Notes: generated from the letters alone by a model not told the origin. Shown: positions 45,256-55,643, counted from the first letter of the stretch. The stretch is 64,000 bases of DNA from an uncultured Eubacteriales bacterium (GCA_902802575.1 CADCMN010000009.1:375-64374); one strand, 5' to 3'. Numbers and translations are program-made.

Positions 45256-46644
45256 TTACGGCAGGGGAATCTCAAAGGTGCCCAGCTCCTGGGGCGCCAG
45301 ATCGAAGTTCATAGACGAGGCGCCGAAGGGGATGTCGTAGCGCCAGTCCTCGCCGATGGGCTGGCCGTTGAAGCCGGTGCCGTAGTATTCCATCAGCCGC
45401 AGCGTGCAGCCCTCCTTCTTCACCTGCTCGTAGTCCGAGGGAAAGATGGGCAGGATGATCGTGTTTTCACCGAAGTTGTTGTGGTTCTCATGACCCACGG
45501 GCAGCCACGCCCCCTCCCGGCCCAGCCGGTAGTCCACGAACAGACCGTACCACTTGCCCTCCCGGTTGGGGTACAGCAGGGAGCTTTTCATGGCCTCGGT
45601 CCAGTCCGCGGGGGCCTCCTTCACGGTATAGGTCACGTAGACGCCGGTCTGCTGGTAGCGGACCTCCTCCCGGAGCACCACCCCGTCCAGGCTCACCCGC
45701 TGGTTGTAGAGCCTGGGGTGATCGAGATCGGACCAGTCGTCCACGGTCAGCACGATGCTGCCGGAAAGGGGTCGAAGGGTCACCACGGGTTTCGACGCCT
45801 CCCTGGCTGCCCCGGCGTCGAAGGAGAAGGTGTAATAGAGCTTCCCCACGTTGCCAATGGGGTTCAGGTCCTCCACCCGGTCGTCTCTGAGGCCCACTTC
45901 AAGGGTCAGCTCCACCCGGCCTTTGGAGGGGAAGCTGCCGTCCTCCGGCAGGATGACCTCCAGCTTCAGGTTCGCTCCCGTCTCGTCGAAGCCGGTGGTG
46001 CCGCCGGAGCCGCCGTATGGCGTCTCGTGGGCCTCCGTCTCCCCGGGAAATCGGTAAAGGACCTTGTCCACCATGCCCTCCACCCATTGGCCGTCTCCCT
46101 CCCAGCTCAGGTCGAAGGCGGCGCCGTGGTCCGTGTACAGCCAAATGTTGGCCACCAGGCTGCGCCCGTCGATCAGCACCTCCCGCACCTCCGGCCGAAT
46201 GTTCCGCATCCAGCCCCAATCCGTCTCACTGTAGGCGGGCTGGCCCTTGGACAGGCGCTGGCCGTTGAGCATCTCCGCCTCCGGCAGCTCCGGCAGCATG
46301 ACGATCTTGTACTCCCCGGTCCGGGGCGCGGCGGATTCGATGGCCTGCTCCACGTCGGGGATGGTCTTGCCCTGCTCCTCCCGCTGTTCCTTGGTGGTCT
46401 CCATGTAGTTGGTGGGGGAATAGTTGTCCCGAAGCAGCACTCCCGCGGCCACCGCCGTGCCGGCGATGAGCAGCACCAGCGCCGCCGCCAGAGGGATCAG
46501 CAGCCGCCGGTTCAGCCGAAGACCGCCCCAGGTCCGTTCCTGTTTGGTCTCCCGGCAGGCCCTTAGACTCCGCTCCACCGCGTCGTAGAAGGTATCGGGG
46601 GTGTCGGGGATGGCGTCCCGCACGTCGTAGGTTTTCTTTTCCAT
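45256..46644 (-). CDS. Anti-sigma factor-like membrane protein (DUF4179-like N-terminus, large extracytoplasmic domain)
   Basis: 462 aa with a short cytoplasmic N-terminus, one TM segment (LLIPLAAALVLLIAGTAVAAGVLL) and a ~390-aa external domain. It lies immediately downstream of the ECF sigma gene. Confidence 0.6.
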   Translation of the reverse strand: MEKKTYDVRDAIPDTPDTFYDAVERSLRACRETKQERTWGGLRLNRRLLIPLAAALVLLIAGTAVAAGVLLRDNYSPTNYMETTKEQREEQGKTIPDVEQAIESAAPRTGEYKIVMLPELPEAEMLNGQRLSKGQPAYSETDWGWMRNIRPEVREVLIDGRSLVANIWLYTDHGAAFDLSWEGDGQWVEGMVDKVLYRFPGETEAHETPYGGSGGTTGFDETGANLKLEVILPEDGSFPSKGRVELTLEVGLRDDRVEDLNPIGNVGKLYYTFSFDAGAAREASKPVVTLRPLSGSIVLTVDDWSDLDHPRLYNQRVSLDGVVLREEVRYQQTGVYVTYTVKEAPADWTEAMKSSLLYPNREGKWYGLFVDYRLGREGAWLPVGHENHNNFGENTIILPIFPSDYEQVKKEGCTLRLMEYYGTGFNGQPIGEDWRYDIPFGASSMNFDLAPQELGTFEIPLP

Positions 46645-46645
46645 A

Positions 46646-47116
46646 TTATTTCTCCTCCAGGATGGCTCTCAATGATTTCTTCGCCCGGGAGACGCGGGAT
46701 TTTACCGTGCCCACGGGCACGTCCAACGCCTGGCCGATCTCGGCGAGGTCGTATCCCGACTGCTGCAGGAGCAGGGCGGTCCGTTGGTCTTCGGAAAGCT
46801 CCATCAGGGCCGATCGAAGGTCCATCCGGCCCTCCGGGTCCTGGCTCGGGGCGGGCCCGTCCGGCAGCTCCTCCACGGGCTGCACCCGCTTTCGCCGCCG
46901 CAGCACGTTGTAGGCTTCGCGCCGCAGGATCTGCAGGAACCAGGCCCGAAAGCTGTCCCGCTTTTTGAGTTTTCCTCGGTTTTCGTAAGCCCGGAGGATC
47001 GCTTCGCTCATGGCGTCCTCTGTGTCGGCGCTGTTTCCCAGGATAAGGTAGGATACGGCGAAAGCCGTGTCGGTCAGCGCGCGTACCTCCTGGGCAAAGG
47101 CATTGTCTGAGATCAT
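46646..47116 (-). CDS. ECF-type RNA polymerase sigma-70 family factor
   Basis: 156 aa with sigma region 2 (DTEDAMSEAILRAYEN...FRAWFLQILRREAYNVLRRR) and region 4 (LSEDQRTALLLQQSGYDLAEIGQALDVPVGTVKSRVSRAKKSL). Confidence 0.85.
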   Translation of the reverse strand: MISDNAFAQEVRALTDTAFAVSYLILGNSADTEDAMSEAILRAYENRGKLKKRDSFRAWFLQILRREAYNVLRRRKRVQPVEELPDGPAPSQDPEGRMDLRSALMELSEDQRTALLLQQSGYDLAEIGQALDVPVGTVKSRVSRAKKSLRAILEEK

Positions 47117-47161
47117 GTTCCTTCCTCTCTTTGTTCGTCTTGAACGATCGTTCTACCTAAA

Positions 47162-47188
47162 AGACGCGTGAGAGTCCTAAAAAGTTCC
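47162..47188 (-). promoter_or_regulatory. Candidate ECF-type autoregulatory promoter
   Basis: On the minus strand: GGAAC (47184-47188), a 17-nt spacer, then CGTCT (47162-47166). It lies about 45 nt upstream of the sigma ATG. Confidence 0.4.
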
Positions 47189-47276
47189 CTATTTATTGTA
47201 CCCCTTGGAAAAGCTCTGTACAACCCTGCCAAAATCAAGTAAACTATAAGCAAGACTATGATGGGGGAGCAGGGAC

Positions 47277-47801
47277 ATGAGACTGTTTATCGCCATACCG
47301 TTGCCCAAAGATGTGCAGAAGAAGGTGTACGCCTTCGAACAATCGCTGCGGGAAGTTTCCACCGGGGGCCGGTTTGTGCCGCCGGGAAATCACCATATCA
47401 CCCTGCGGTTCATCGGGGAGAGCAACGATCTGGCCGACATCGCCTTCGCCATGGACCAGGCGGTGTCCGACGCCAGGCCCTTCACCCTGAAGCTGGGGGG
47501 CTACGGCTGGTTCGACCACGGCGGCGCCCGCACCAGCTTTTTGAAGGCGGAGGGGGAGCTGGACGAGCTCTGCCGCATCCATGAGATGCTGGAAACGAGC
47601 CTGTGGGAGCGAGGCTTCTGCAAGGGCAAGGGGCGGCTGATCCCCCACGTGACCTTGGGCCGGGCCGTGGAGCACGGGGACATCTCCCACCTGGTCCCTC
47701 CGGAGAACGCCAGCTTTCGGGTCAATTCCATCGTCCTATATGAAAGCGCCAACGAGAAAGGCAGGATGGTGTACACGCCGGTGCACACCGCCCGGTTCTG
47801 A
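47277..47801 (+). CDS. thpR: RNA 2',3'-cyclic phosphodiesterase (2H family, ThpR/LigT)
   Basis: 174 aa with two HxT/S motifs (HHITLRF and PHVTLGR). Confidence 0.8.
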   Translation: MRLFIAIPLPKDVQKKVYAFEQSLREVSTGGRFVPPGNHHITLRFIGESNDLADIAFAMDQAVSDARPFTLKLGGYGWFDHGGARTSFLKAEGELDELCRIHEMLETSLWERGFCKGKGRLIPHVTLGRAVEHGDISHLVPPENASFRVNSIVLYESANEKGRMVYTPVHTARF

Positions 47802-50800
47802 TGGCCGCGCCTCTCACCGTCTGGATCGGCCGATCGGGCAGCGGGAAGAGCACCCGCCTGTATGATCGGCTTTCTGAGCATGCCCAGAGGGGGGAACGGG
47901 CCACGCTCGTGGTGGCGGAGCAGTACACCTTTGAGGCGGAGAAGGCCCTGTGCAATCGCCTGGGGGGCCTTTTGGGCGTGCAGGTCACGTCCTTCTCCCG
48001 TCTGTGCGAACGGGTCCTGCAGGAACGGGGCAGCCTTCTTCCCGTCATAAGCGGGCCTGGACGGCGCATGATCCTGAAGAAGGCGGCGCTGAACCATAAG
48101 CAGGAGCTGATCCTCTTCTCCCGGGTGGCCGAAAGCCGGGGATTTGTCCAGCGCATGGACGATATCATCACCCGCTGCAAGCAGAGCGGCGCCGCGCCGG
48201 AGGACCTGGTCCGCGTGGCCGAAACCCTGCCCGAGGGGAGCCAGCTTCGGGGGAAGATGGCGGACATCGCCCTGCTGTATGGGGAAAGCGAAGCCTTCCT
48301 GCGGGATAGATACCTGACGGAAAGCGACCTATGGGACCGAGCCGGGGCGGCGCTTGCGGGCTCCTTCCTGACGGGAACGGATCTGTATGTGGACGGCATC
48401 GACATTCCCAGCCGCCAGCTCTTTCGGCTGTTGGGACGGCTGCTCAAGGTGTGCCGGTCGGTGACGGTGACGCTGCGTATGGACCCGGACGGGAACGACG
48501 CCGAGCTGTTTTCGCCGGATATCCGCACGTATTATCGGCTGCAGCAAACAGCCCAGGAGGCCGGCAGTCCCTTTTTCACGGAGGGCTGCCGCCGGGATAA
48601 GCCTCGGCCGCCCGAGCTGAAGCATCTGGAAAAGCACCTTTTTGCTCAGGATGAGGAGATCTTCCCCTATCCGGCGCCGGCGGTTGCCCTGTGGGCGTCG
48701 GCGGATCGGGAGGAGGAGGCGGAGCGATGCGCCCAGACCGTGCTGCAGCTGGTGCGGCAGGGGTATCGATATCGGGATATGGCCCTTTTGGTCACGGATG
48801 GGAGCGGCTATGTTTCCCGGATCCGGCGGGCGTTCGCGCGGAAAAACATCCCCCTCTTCTATGACGCCACGCGCCCCGTCACGGGCCACAGCGCCATGGA
48901 CATGGTCCTGTCCGCCGTGCGCTTTGTCCAGTCGGGCAGCATGGAGGACGTGCTGCACATCCTCAAGAGCGGTTACGCTCCCTGTACCGTTGACGAGGGG
49001 GAGATTTTCGAGAACTACATCCTGCGGTATGGTCTTTTCGGCAGCAGCCTCGCCAAGCCCTTTACCTTTGGAGAGGTGCCCCAGGAAGCCGAACGGGTCC
49101 GCTCCGCCCTCTACCCCCCGCTGGCAAGCCTGAGGGAGGGCCTGGGCCGGGGCACCACCGGGGAAGAGAAAGCCAGGGCGGTCTATGCCTTCATGGCGGA
49201 AACGGGCCTGCGGGAAAAGCTGCAAGCCCAGGGGGAAGCATGGATCGCCAACGGCCAACCCAACGCCGGGGAGCTGTTCAGCCAGGTGTATTCCATCCTG
49301 AGCGGGCTGCTCTCCGACATCGCCGCTATCTGGGGAAGGGACCCGTTGAGCCAAAAGGAATTCCTATGTCTGCTGGAGGAAGGAGCCATGAGCTCCACCA
49401 TGGGCGTGCTGCCCGGCACGGCGGATCAGGTCATGCTCGGCGATTTTGTGCGCACGCGAACGCCGGCTGTGCCGATCCTGTTTGTGCTGGGCTGCAACGA
49501 AGGATTGCTGCCACCGGTGCGGACCGATGATGAGCTGATTTCCGACGGGGAGCTGGAATGGCTCAAGGCGCAGGGGTTGGAGCTTTGGAACGGCGTCCAG
49601 GCCCTGACCGAGATGGAACGGCTGGAGCTGTATACCGCCTTCAACAAGGCGCAGCAAAAGATTTTCTTCAGTTACAGCTTTTCCGCCGACGGCGAGGAGC
49701 TGTCCCCCGCGCCGCTGGTGGGGCGCATACGCCGGTTGCTGCCCCAGGTCCTGCCGATGGACGCCCGAGGTATGGCCGCCTATCCCCCGGATCGGGAGGG
49801 GAGCTTCCGGCGTCTCGTTCGGGAGCTGGCCCTATACGAGCGGGAGGGCTTTTCCAGCGATCAGCTGCCGGCTCAGCGGGCGTACTTCGCCGCGGACGAG
49901 GCATACGGACCACGGCTGGCGCGGGTCGAAGCGGCCATCGCGGGGGGCATCTCGCCGGCGCCCTTTGGCAAAGAATTGGCGGAGCGGATGTACGGCGCGG
50001 CGCCCAGCATGAGCGCCAGCCGGCTGGAGCAGTTCAACCGGTGTCCCTTCGCCCACTATGTGAAGTACGGGCTCAAAGCCAAGGAGCGCCCCGAGAGCAA
50101 GGAGGAGGCCGCCGACGCGGGCACCTTCCTCCATGATGCTTTGGACGGGTTTTTGAAGCTCGTGAAGGAGCGGAACCTCAATTGGGCGACCCTGACGGAC
50201 GCGGACGCGGACGGGCTGGTGGACGAGGTCATGCCAAACCTTGTCGCCGCCCACAACGACGGCATCTTTCTGCGGGACGTGCGGCTTCGGGAGGCCCTGT
50301 TCCTTCGCATCGAATCGGTGAAGAAGTGCGCCCGGTCCATCGTGAAACAGATACAGGCGGGGTCCTACCTGCCCTATGAAACGGAGCTGGGGTTCGGCCC
50401 CGACTGTCCGTTCCCGCCCTTGCTGCTGAAGATCGGCGACGGACGGACGGTGAAGCTCTACGGCCGCATCGACCGGGTGGACAAGAGCCAAGACGGCTTC
50501 TATCGGGTCATCGACTATAAGATGGGGGATCGGAAGTTCGAGCCGGCCAAGATCGAGGCGGGGCTGAGCCTTCAGCTGCCTCTGTATCTGGCCGCGGTGC
50601 AGGGGCTGGAGGGACAGATGGGGGGCATGTACTATATGCCTCTGTCCCTGCCCGCCGCCAAGGAGGGCGAGACGCGGCGCCATGTGCTCCGCGGCGTCAC
50701 CGCGGGCAGCGAGGAGGCCGTGGCGGCTTTGGAACGGCATTTGGACGGGGCGTCTGAGATCGTCCAGGGCCTGCGGCGCAACAAGGATGGGAAGCTCAGC

Positions 50801-51052
50801 GGCAACGTGTGCCGGGAGGAGGACATGGGGGTCCTCACCCGGGAGGCTGTGGCCGTGGCGGAGCGGACCCTTGGCCATATGCGCCGGGGAGAGGCTCAGG
50901 TCACGCCCTATAAGGGGGCCTGCGCCTGGTGCCCCTATCAGGCGGTCTGCCGCTTCGACAAACAGCAAAAGGGCTGTTATGAGCGGGATGCGGGAAAGAT
51001 GACCATTTCGGAACTGCTGCAACAGGCGGAACGGCGGGAGGATGCAAAATGA
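47801..51052 (+). CDS. addB: Helicase-nuclease AddAB, subunit B
   Basis: 1083 aa with an N-terminal P-loop GRSGSGKS and a C-terminal RecB-type nuclease with an Fe-S cysteine set (CPF...CAWCPYQAVC). It overlaps thpR by 1 nt (TGATG). Confidence 0.85.
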   Translation: MAAPLTVWIGRSGSGKSTRLYDRLSEHAQRGERATLVVAEQYTFEAEKALCNRLGGLLGVQVTSFSRLCERVLQERGSLLPVISGPGRRMILKKAALNHKQELILFSRVAESRGFVQRMDDIITRCKQSGAAPEDLVRVAETLPEGSQLRGKMADIALLYGESEAFLRDRYLTESDLWDRAGAALAGSFLTGTDLYVDGIDIPSRQLFRLLGRLLKVCRSVTVTLRMDPDGNDAELFSPDIRTYYRLQQTAQEAGSPFFTEGCRRDKPRPPELKHLEKHLFAQDEEIFPYPAPAVALWASADREEEAERCAQTVLQLVRQGYRYRDMALLVTDGSGYVSRIRRAFARKNIPLFYDATRPVTGHSAMDMVLSAVRFVQSGSMEDVLHILKSGYAPCTVDEGEIFENYILRYGLFGSSLAKPFTFGEVPQEAERVRSALYPPLASLREGLGRGTTGEEKARAVYAFMAETGLREKLQAQGEAWIANGQPNAGELFSQVYSILSGLLSDIAAIWGRDPLSQKEFLCLLEEGAMSSTMGVLPGTADQVMLGDFVRTRTPAVPILFVLGCNEGLLPPVRTDDELISDGELEWLKAQGLELWNGVQALTEMERLELYTAFNKAQQKIFFSYSFSADGEELSPAPLVGRIRRLLPQVLPMDARGMAAYPPDREGSFRRLVRELALYEREGFSSDQLPAQRAYFAADEAYGPRLARVEAAIAGGISPAPFGKELAERMYGAAPSMSASRLEQFNRCPFAHYVKYGLKAKERPESKEEAADAGTFLHDALDGFLKLVKERNLNWATLTDADADGLVDEVMPNLVAAHNDGIFLRDVRLREALFLRIESVKKCARSIVKQIQAGSYLPYETELGFGPDCPFPPLLLKIGDGRTVKLYGRIDRVDKSQDGFYRVIDYKMGDRKFEPAKIEAGLSLQLPLYLAAVQGLEGQMGGMYYMPLSLPAAKEGETRRHVLRGVTAGSEEAVAALERHLDGASEIVQGLRRNKDGKLSGNVCREEDMGVLTREAVAVAERTLGHMRRGEAQVTPYKGACAWCPYQAVCRFDKQQKGCYERDAGKMTISELLQQAERREDAK

Positions 51053-54000
51053 TCTGGACCAAGGAACAAGAACGGGCCATAGAGGCGCCGGGAAATCTCA
51101 TTGTGTCCGCTGCCGCCGGCGCGGGCAAAACCGCCGTGCTCACGGCGCGGGTGGTACGCCTGGTGGAGGAAGGGATGGATATCGACGGGCTGTTGATCCT
51201 CACCTTCACCCGAGCCGCCGCCGCCGAAATGAAGGAGCGTATCCAGAATACCCTGCAGGAGCGGGCCGCCGAAGCCGGGGACGAAGCGCTGAAGGCAAGG
51301 CTTTACCGCCAGAGCGCCCGGTGTCCCAACGCCAGCATATCCACCATCCACGCCTTTTGCGCCCGGGTGGTGAATCGGTATTTTCACCTGGTGGGCCTGT
51401 CTCCCTCCGCGTCCACCCTGGACGAAACGGAGAGCGCCGTGCTGCGGGACCAGGCGGTGAACGAGGCGCTGACCACCCTCGCCACGGAGGACGCCCCGGC
51501 CTATCGGCTGCTGATCCGCGCCTTTGAGCGGGAGGATGCGGTGAAGAAGGCGCTGGATGCCCTGACCGGTTTTTTGATGGCTCAACCGGATCATCCGGGA
51601 TGGTTGGAGCGGGTGGAACGGGATTTGATGCGCCGGACGGCCTATGAGAAGGCCGTGGACGTTTGTTTTCAGGAGGATAAAGCCACCTTTGAAGCCGCTT
51701 TGACGGATCTGATCCGTCTCCGGGACAGCTATCCGCCCGCCTGGGGAAAGCTGATCGCGTATCTGGACGAGACGATCCCCCATGCCCGGGGCGCCCTGCT
51801 GCAGAAGACGCCGGAAGAATATGCCCAGGCCCTGTCCGCCGTGACCTTCGGCCGGATCAGCTGGCCCAAGGACATGGAGCAGCGGGATCGGGACGCTCTG
51901 GACAAGGCCCGCAAGAAGGTGAAGGAGGAGGCCGCCGGCCAGGCCGAGACCTATGGCCAGGACGGGGAGAAGCTCTGGGAGATCCATCTCAAAAGCGCTC
52001 AGGTGCTGCTGGCCCTGACGAACCTCTGGCGGCGGCAGCAAACGGTATACGACCGCATGAAGCGGGACCGGGATCGGATCGACTTTAACGATCTCGAACA
52101 TTTTTGCGCCCGAATACTGGAGAACGAAGAGGCCGCTGCGGAGTATCGGGAGCGGTTCGCGGCGATCATCGTGGACGAGTATCAGGACAGCAATGCCGTC
52201 CAGGAGGCCATATTGAATCGCATCCGACGCGCCGACAATCTCTTTTTTGTGGGGGATGTGAAGCAGAGCATCTACGGCTTCCGCATGGCGGAACCGGGCC
52301 TGTTTTTGGAGAAGCTGCGGACGTTCACCGGCGCCGTCGGCCAGCGCATCGATCTAAGCCATAACTTTCGCAGCAGCCCGGAAATACTGGAGGCGGTGAA
52401 CCGAGTCTTTGAAAAGCTCATGCGGCCGGGCCAAAGCCCTATCGAATACGACGGGAAGGCGGCCCTGCGGCCCGGCATGGACCAGCCACGAGGGCATGTG
52501 GAGCTCCATCTCATCGAGCGCAAGCCCGATGAAGAGGCCGAGGAAGGCGAGGACATGGAGACAGCCGAGGCGGAGGCGCGCTTCTGCGCCCGACGCATCC
52601 GGGAGCTGATGGAAACGGAGACCTATCAGGAGGGCGTGGACAAGGCGCCCCGGCCCTATCGGTATGGCGATTTTACCATTCTGCTGCGCAGCATGCCCAA
52701 CGCGCGCATCTTTGCCCGGACCCTGGCCCTGAACGGGATACCCTGCTACGCCCAGCTCACGGGCGGCTACTTTGAGTCCGTGGAGGTCATGGTGATGCTG
52801 AACCTCCTGCGCGTCATCGACAATCGGCGGCAGGACATACCGCTCTTATCCGTGCTGCGTTCCGACGTGGGAGCGTTTTCTCACGAAGAATTGATCGCTC
52901 TGCGCACAAAATGTCCCAAGGGAGAGCTCTTGGACTGCCTGCTTTTCGCGGCCGCGGAGGACCCGGTGGGCAAGGCGGCCCGGTTTCTGGGGCGCGTGGC
53001 GGATTGGCGGCGGGAGAGCATGATCTGCTCCGTGGAGGAGCTGGTGTCTCGGCTGCTGGACGAAACCGAGCTGTATGTGGAGATGGGGGCGATGCCCGGC
53101 GGCGCCCAGCGCCAGGCCAATTTGGACGCTTTGGTCAGCAAGGCGCGGAGCTATGACGAGACCGGCGGCTTTGGCCTCCACGGCTTTTTGAAATATATGG
53201 ACGACGCCCGGGACTCCGCCCGGCTGGGCGCCTCCCAGACGGCGCAAAGCGACGTGGTCCGCATCCTGTCCGTGCATAAATCCAAGGGCCTGGAATTTCC
53301 TGTGGTATTTCTCTGCGAGCTGAATCGCCAGTTCAGCCGGGAGGGAGAGAACGCGCCGCTGCTGCTGCATCGGGAGCTGGGCATGGGGCTCAACTTTGTG
53401 GACGAGACGGGCATCAAACGGGAACCCCTGTCGCGCCGGGGCGTCCTGCTCCGGAATCGGCAGCAGCAGGCGGAGGAGGAGATGCGGGTCCTCTACGTGG
53501 CGATGACCCGGCCCAGGCGGCGCCTCGTCCTGGTGGGCACGGTGAAGAACGCCCGGGAGGCGTTGGACCGGCCGGAATTCCTGACGCCCTATGCTGTGCT
53601 GCGGGCCCGTTCCTTCCTTGCCTGGCTGTTGATGACGGTGAAGAGGGATATCCCCGCCGTTGTTCATGCGCGGGAGGAGTTTTCGCTGCCGGCAAGAGAG
53701 GATCGACCGCCCTTGCCCAAAGCCGATCCCGTGTTGGTGGAATCCCTCGCCCGCCGCTATGCCTATGAATATCCCTTTGATCGGGCGTTGGGGGTGCCCA
53801 ACAAGACTTCCGTGACGGCCTTGGCGAAGCGGCACACGCTGACCTTCGCCGAGCCCGCCTTTGTTGAGACGGCGGGATCGCTGCGGCGGGGCACGGACGT
53901 TCATGAGCTGCTGCGGCGTCTGCCGCTGAAGCCGATGACCTCGGCAGAGCTGGAAGCTTTTTTGACCGTTCAAAACGGGGAAGGCTACAGAGCGGAAACA

Positions 54001-54345
54001 GAATACTTCATGGGGACAGACCTGTTTCGGCGCCTGTGTCAAAGTCCCCGGTCCTATCGGGAGCTGCCCTTCACCCTGGCCATGGACACCGGCGAGCTTC
54101 TCGGCGTGCCCTCGGAGGAACGGGTGCTGCTCCAGGGCGTTATCGATCTGTGCTTCCAAGAGGGGGACGGCTTCGTGTTGGCGGATTATAAGACCGACCG
54201 GGTGGAGGGCGACCCCGTCCGGTGGGCGGAGCGGCATCGGCGGCAAGTGGAGCTGTACGCCCGGGCCCTGGAGACCCTGACCGGGCGGCGAGTGAGTGAA
54301 AAATATGTTGTGTTCTTGAACGGGAGGGCCTGCGTACGCCTATGA
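51049..54345 (+). CDS. addA: Helicase-nuclease AddAB, subunit A (UvrD-like helicase plus RecB nuclease)
   Basis: 1098 aa with AAAGAGKTAVL, IVDEYQDSN, VGDVKQSIYGFR and a C-terminal nuclease motif (GVIDLCF...ADYKTD). Confidence 0.88.
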   Translation: MIWTKEQERAIEAPGNLIVSAAAGAGKTAVLTARVVRLVEEGMDIDGLLILTFTRAAAAEMKERIQNTLQERAAEAGDEALKARLYRQSARCPNASISTIHAFCARVVNRYFHLVGLSPSASTLDETESAVLRDQAVNEALTTLATEDAPAYRLLIRAFEREDAVKKALDALTGFLMAQPDHPGWLERVERDLMRRTAYEKAVDVCFQEDKATFEAALTDLIRLRDSYPPAWGKLIAYLDETIPHARGALLQKTPEEYAQALSAVTFGRISWPKDMEQRDRDALDKARKKVKEEAAGQAETYGQDGEKLWEIHLKSAQVLLALTNLWRRQQTVYDRMKRDRDRIDFNDLEHFCARILENEEAAAEYRERFAAIIVDEYQDSNAVQEAILNRIRRADNLFFVGDVKQSIYGFRMAEPGLFLEKLRTFTGAVGQRIDLSHNFRSSPEILEAVNRVFEKLMRPGQSPIEYDGKAALRPGMDQPRGHVELHLIERKPDEEAEEGEDMETAEAEARFCARRIRELMETETYQEGVDKAPRPYRYGDFTILLRSMPNARIFARTLALNGIPCYAQLTGGYFESVEVMVMLNLLRVIDNRRQDIPLLSVLRSDVGAFSHEELIALRTKCPKGELLDCLLFAAAEDPVGKAARFLGRVADWRRESMICSVEELVSRLLDETELYVEMGAMPGGAQRQANLDALVSKARSYDETGGFGLHGFLKYMDDARDSARLGASQTAQSDVVRILSVHKSKGLEFPVVFLCELNRQFSREGENAPLLLHRELGMGLNFVDETGIKREPLSRRGVLLRNRQQQAEEEMRVLYVAMTRPRRRLVLVGTVKNAREALDRPEFLTPYAVLRARSFLAWLLMTVKRDIPAVVHAREEFSLPAREDRPPLPKADPVLVESLARRYAYEYPFDRALGVPNKTSVTALAKRHTLTFAEPAFVETAGSLRRGTDVHELLRRLPLKPMTSAELEAFLTVQNGEGYRAETEYFMGTDLFRRLCQSPRSYRELPFTLAMDTGELLGVPSEERVLLQGVIDLCFQEGDGFVLADYKTDRVEGDPVRWAERHRRQVELYARALETLTGRRVSEKYVVFLNGRACVRL

Positions 54346-55598
54346 ATCTGCCCCAAGCCTATTTGGATCGAATGAGAACCCAGCTGGGCGAGACTTTCCC
54401 GGCCTATTTGGCCGCCATGGACGAGCCGGAGAAACGGGCGGCCCGCAGCAACGGGCTTAAAACGACGCCGGAAGCCCTCTCTGTCCTGCGGCCTGATTTT
54501 ATCGGCGCGGGCGGCGAAGGCTTTCTGCTCCCGCCCGCGTTCGCGCCCGGGAAGGACCCCCTGCATGCGGCGGGGGCGTATTATGTGCAGGAGCTTTCCG
54601 CCCAGGCGCCCGTGGCGCTCTTTAGGCTGACGCCGACCATGGCGGTATTGGATCTGTGCGCCGCCCCGGGAGGCAAATCCGCCCAACTGGCGGCCAAGGT
54701 GCCGGAGGGCGTGCTGTTCTCCAACGAGATCGTTCCCCATCGGGCCAACGTGCTGCTGGGCAACCTGGAGCGCATGGGGGCGAAGAACGCCGTGGTCACG
54801 TCCATGGATCCGGAGAAGCTGGCGTCTCTCGCCGGTCCGGTCTTCGACGCCGTACTGGTGGACGCGCCGTGCGCCGGGGAGGGCATGTTTCGCAAGGACG
54901 CTACGGCTATCGCCGAATGGTCTTTGGAGCATGTGGCGGCCTGCGCCCGGCGGCAGCGGGCCATCCTTGCCTCGGCTCAAAAGGCGGTCAAGGCGGGGGG
55001 CCAGCTGGTCTATTCCACCTGTTCCTTCTCCCCCGCGGAGAACGAGGAGAACGTGCGCTGGTTCCTGTCGGAATTTTCGGACTTCGAACTCATGGAGGAG
55101 GTTCGCTTCTACCCGCACACCTCTTTGGGAGAGGGGCAATATGCCGCCAAGCTGCGCCGCCGGGGCCCAGCTCAGGAAAGGACATATCTCCCGCCCAAAA
55201 GCGACAGAGCGCCTCTGGCGGAAGGGTTTTTGAGGGAGGAAACGATCGGTCTTTCGGGCGCCATCCGTGGGCTGCCCGACGGGCGGGTGCTGCTGCTGCC
55301 GCCCCTTCCCTGCGGCCTTGACGGTTTCAGGCTCCTGCGGGCCGGTCTCCTTTTGGGCGAGGCGGTGAAGGGCCGGTTCGTGCCCGCTCACGCCTTGGCA
55401 ATGGCGGCAGGCTGCCCTCTGCGCCGGCGCCTGGAGCTGTCGGAGGACGACGCTCGACGCTATCTTCGCGGCGAGACCCTGCCCGCGGATTTCTCGGGCT
55501 GGTGCGCCGTGACGTATCAGGGCCTGGCGCTGGGACTGGGCAAGGGCGCGGGCGGCATATTGAAAAATCATCTGCCCAAGGGGCTAAGGATCAATTAG
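54342..55598 (+). CDS. RsmB/RsmF (NOL1/NOP2/Sun) family rRNA cytosine-C5 methyltransferase
   Basis: 418 aa with DLCAAPGGKSAQLA, LVDAPCAGEGMFRKD and LVYSTCSFSPAENE. It has an ATGA overlap with addA. Confidence 0.8.
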   Translation: MNLPQAYLDRMRTQLGETFPAYLAAMDEPEKRAARSNGLKTTPEALSVLRPDFIGAGGEGFLLPPAFAPGKDPLHAAGAYYVQELSAQAPVALFRLTPTMAVLDLCAAPGGKSAQLAAKVPEGVLFSNEIVPHRANVLLGNLERMGAKNAVVTSMDPEKLASLAGPVFDAVLVDAPCAGEGMFRKDATAIAEWSLEHVAACARRQRAILASAQKAVKAGGQLVYSTCSFSPAENEENVRWFLSEFSDFELMEEVRFYPHTSLGEGQYAAKLRRRGPAQERTYLPPKSDRAPLAEGFLREETIGLSGAIRGLPDGRVLLLPPLPCGLDGFRLLRAGLLLGEAVKGRFVPAHALAMAAGCPLRRRLELSEDDARRYLRGETLPADFSGWCAVTYQGLALGLGKGAGGILKNHLPKGLRIN

Positions 55599-55643
55599 AG
55601 GCGCAGGCCGCCGCTTTTTTCAGGAGAATAAGCGAGGTCGCTT

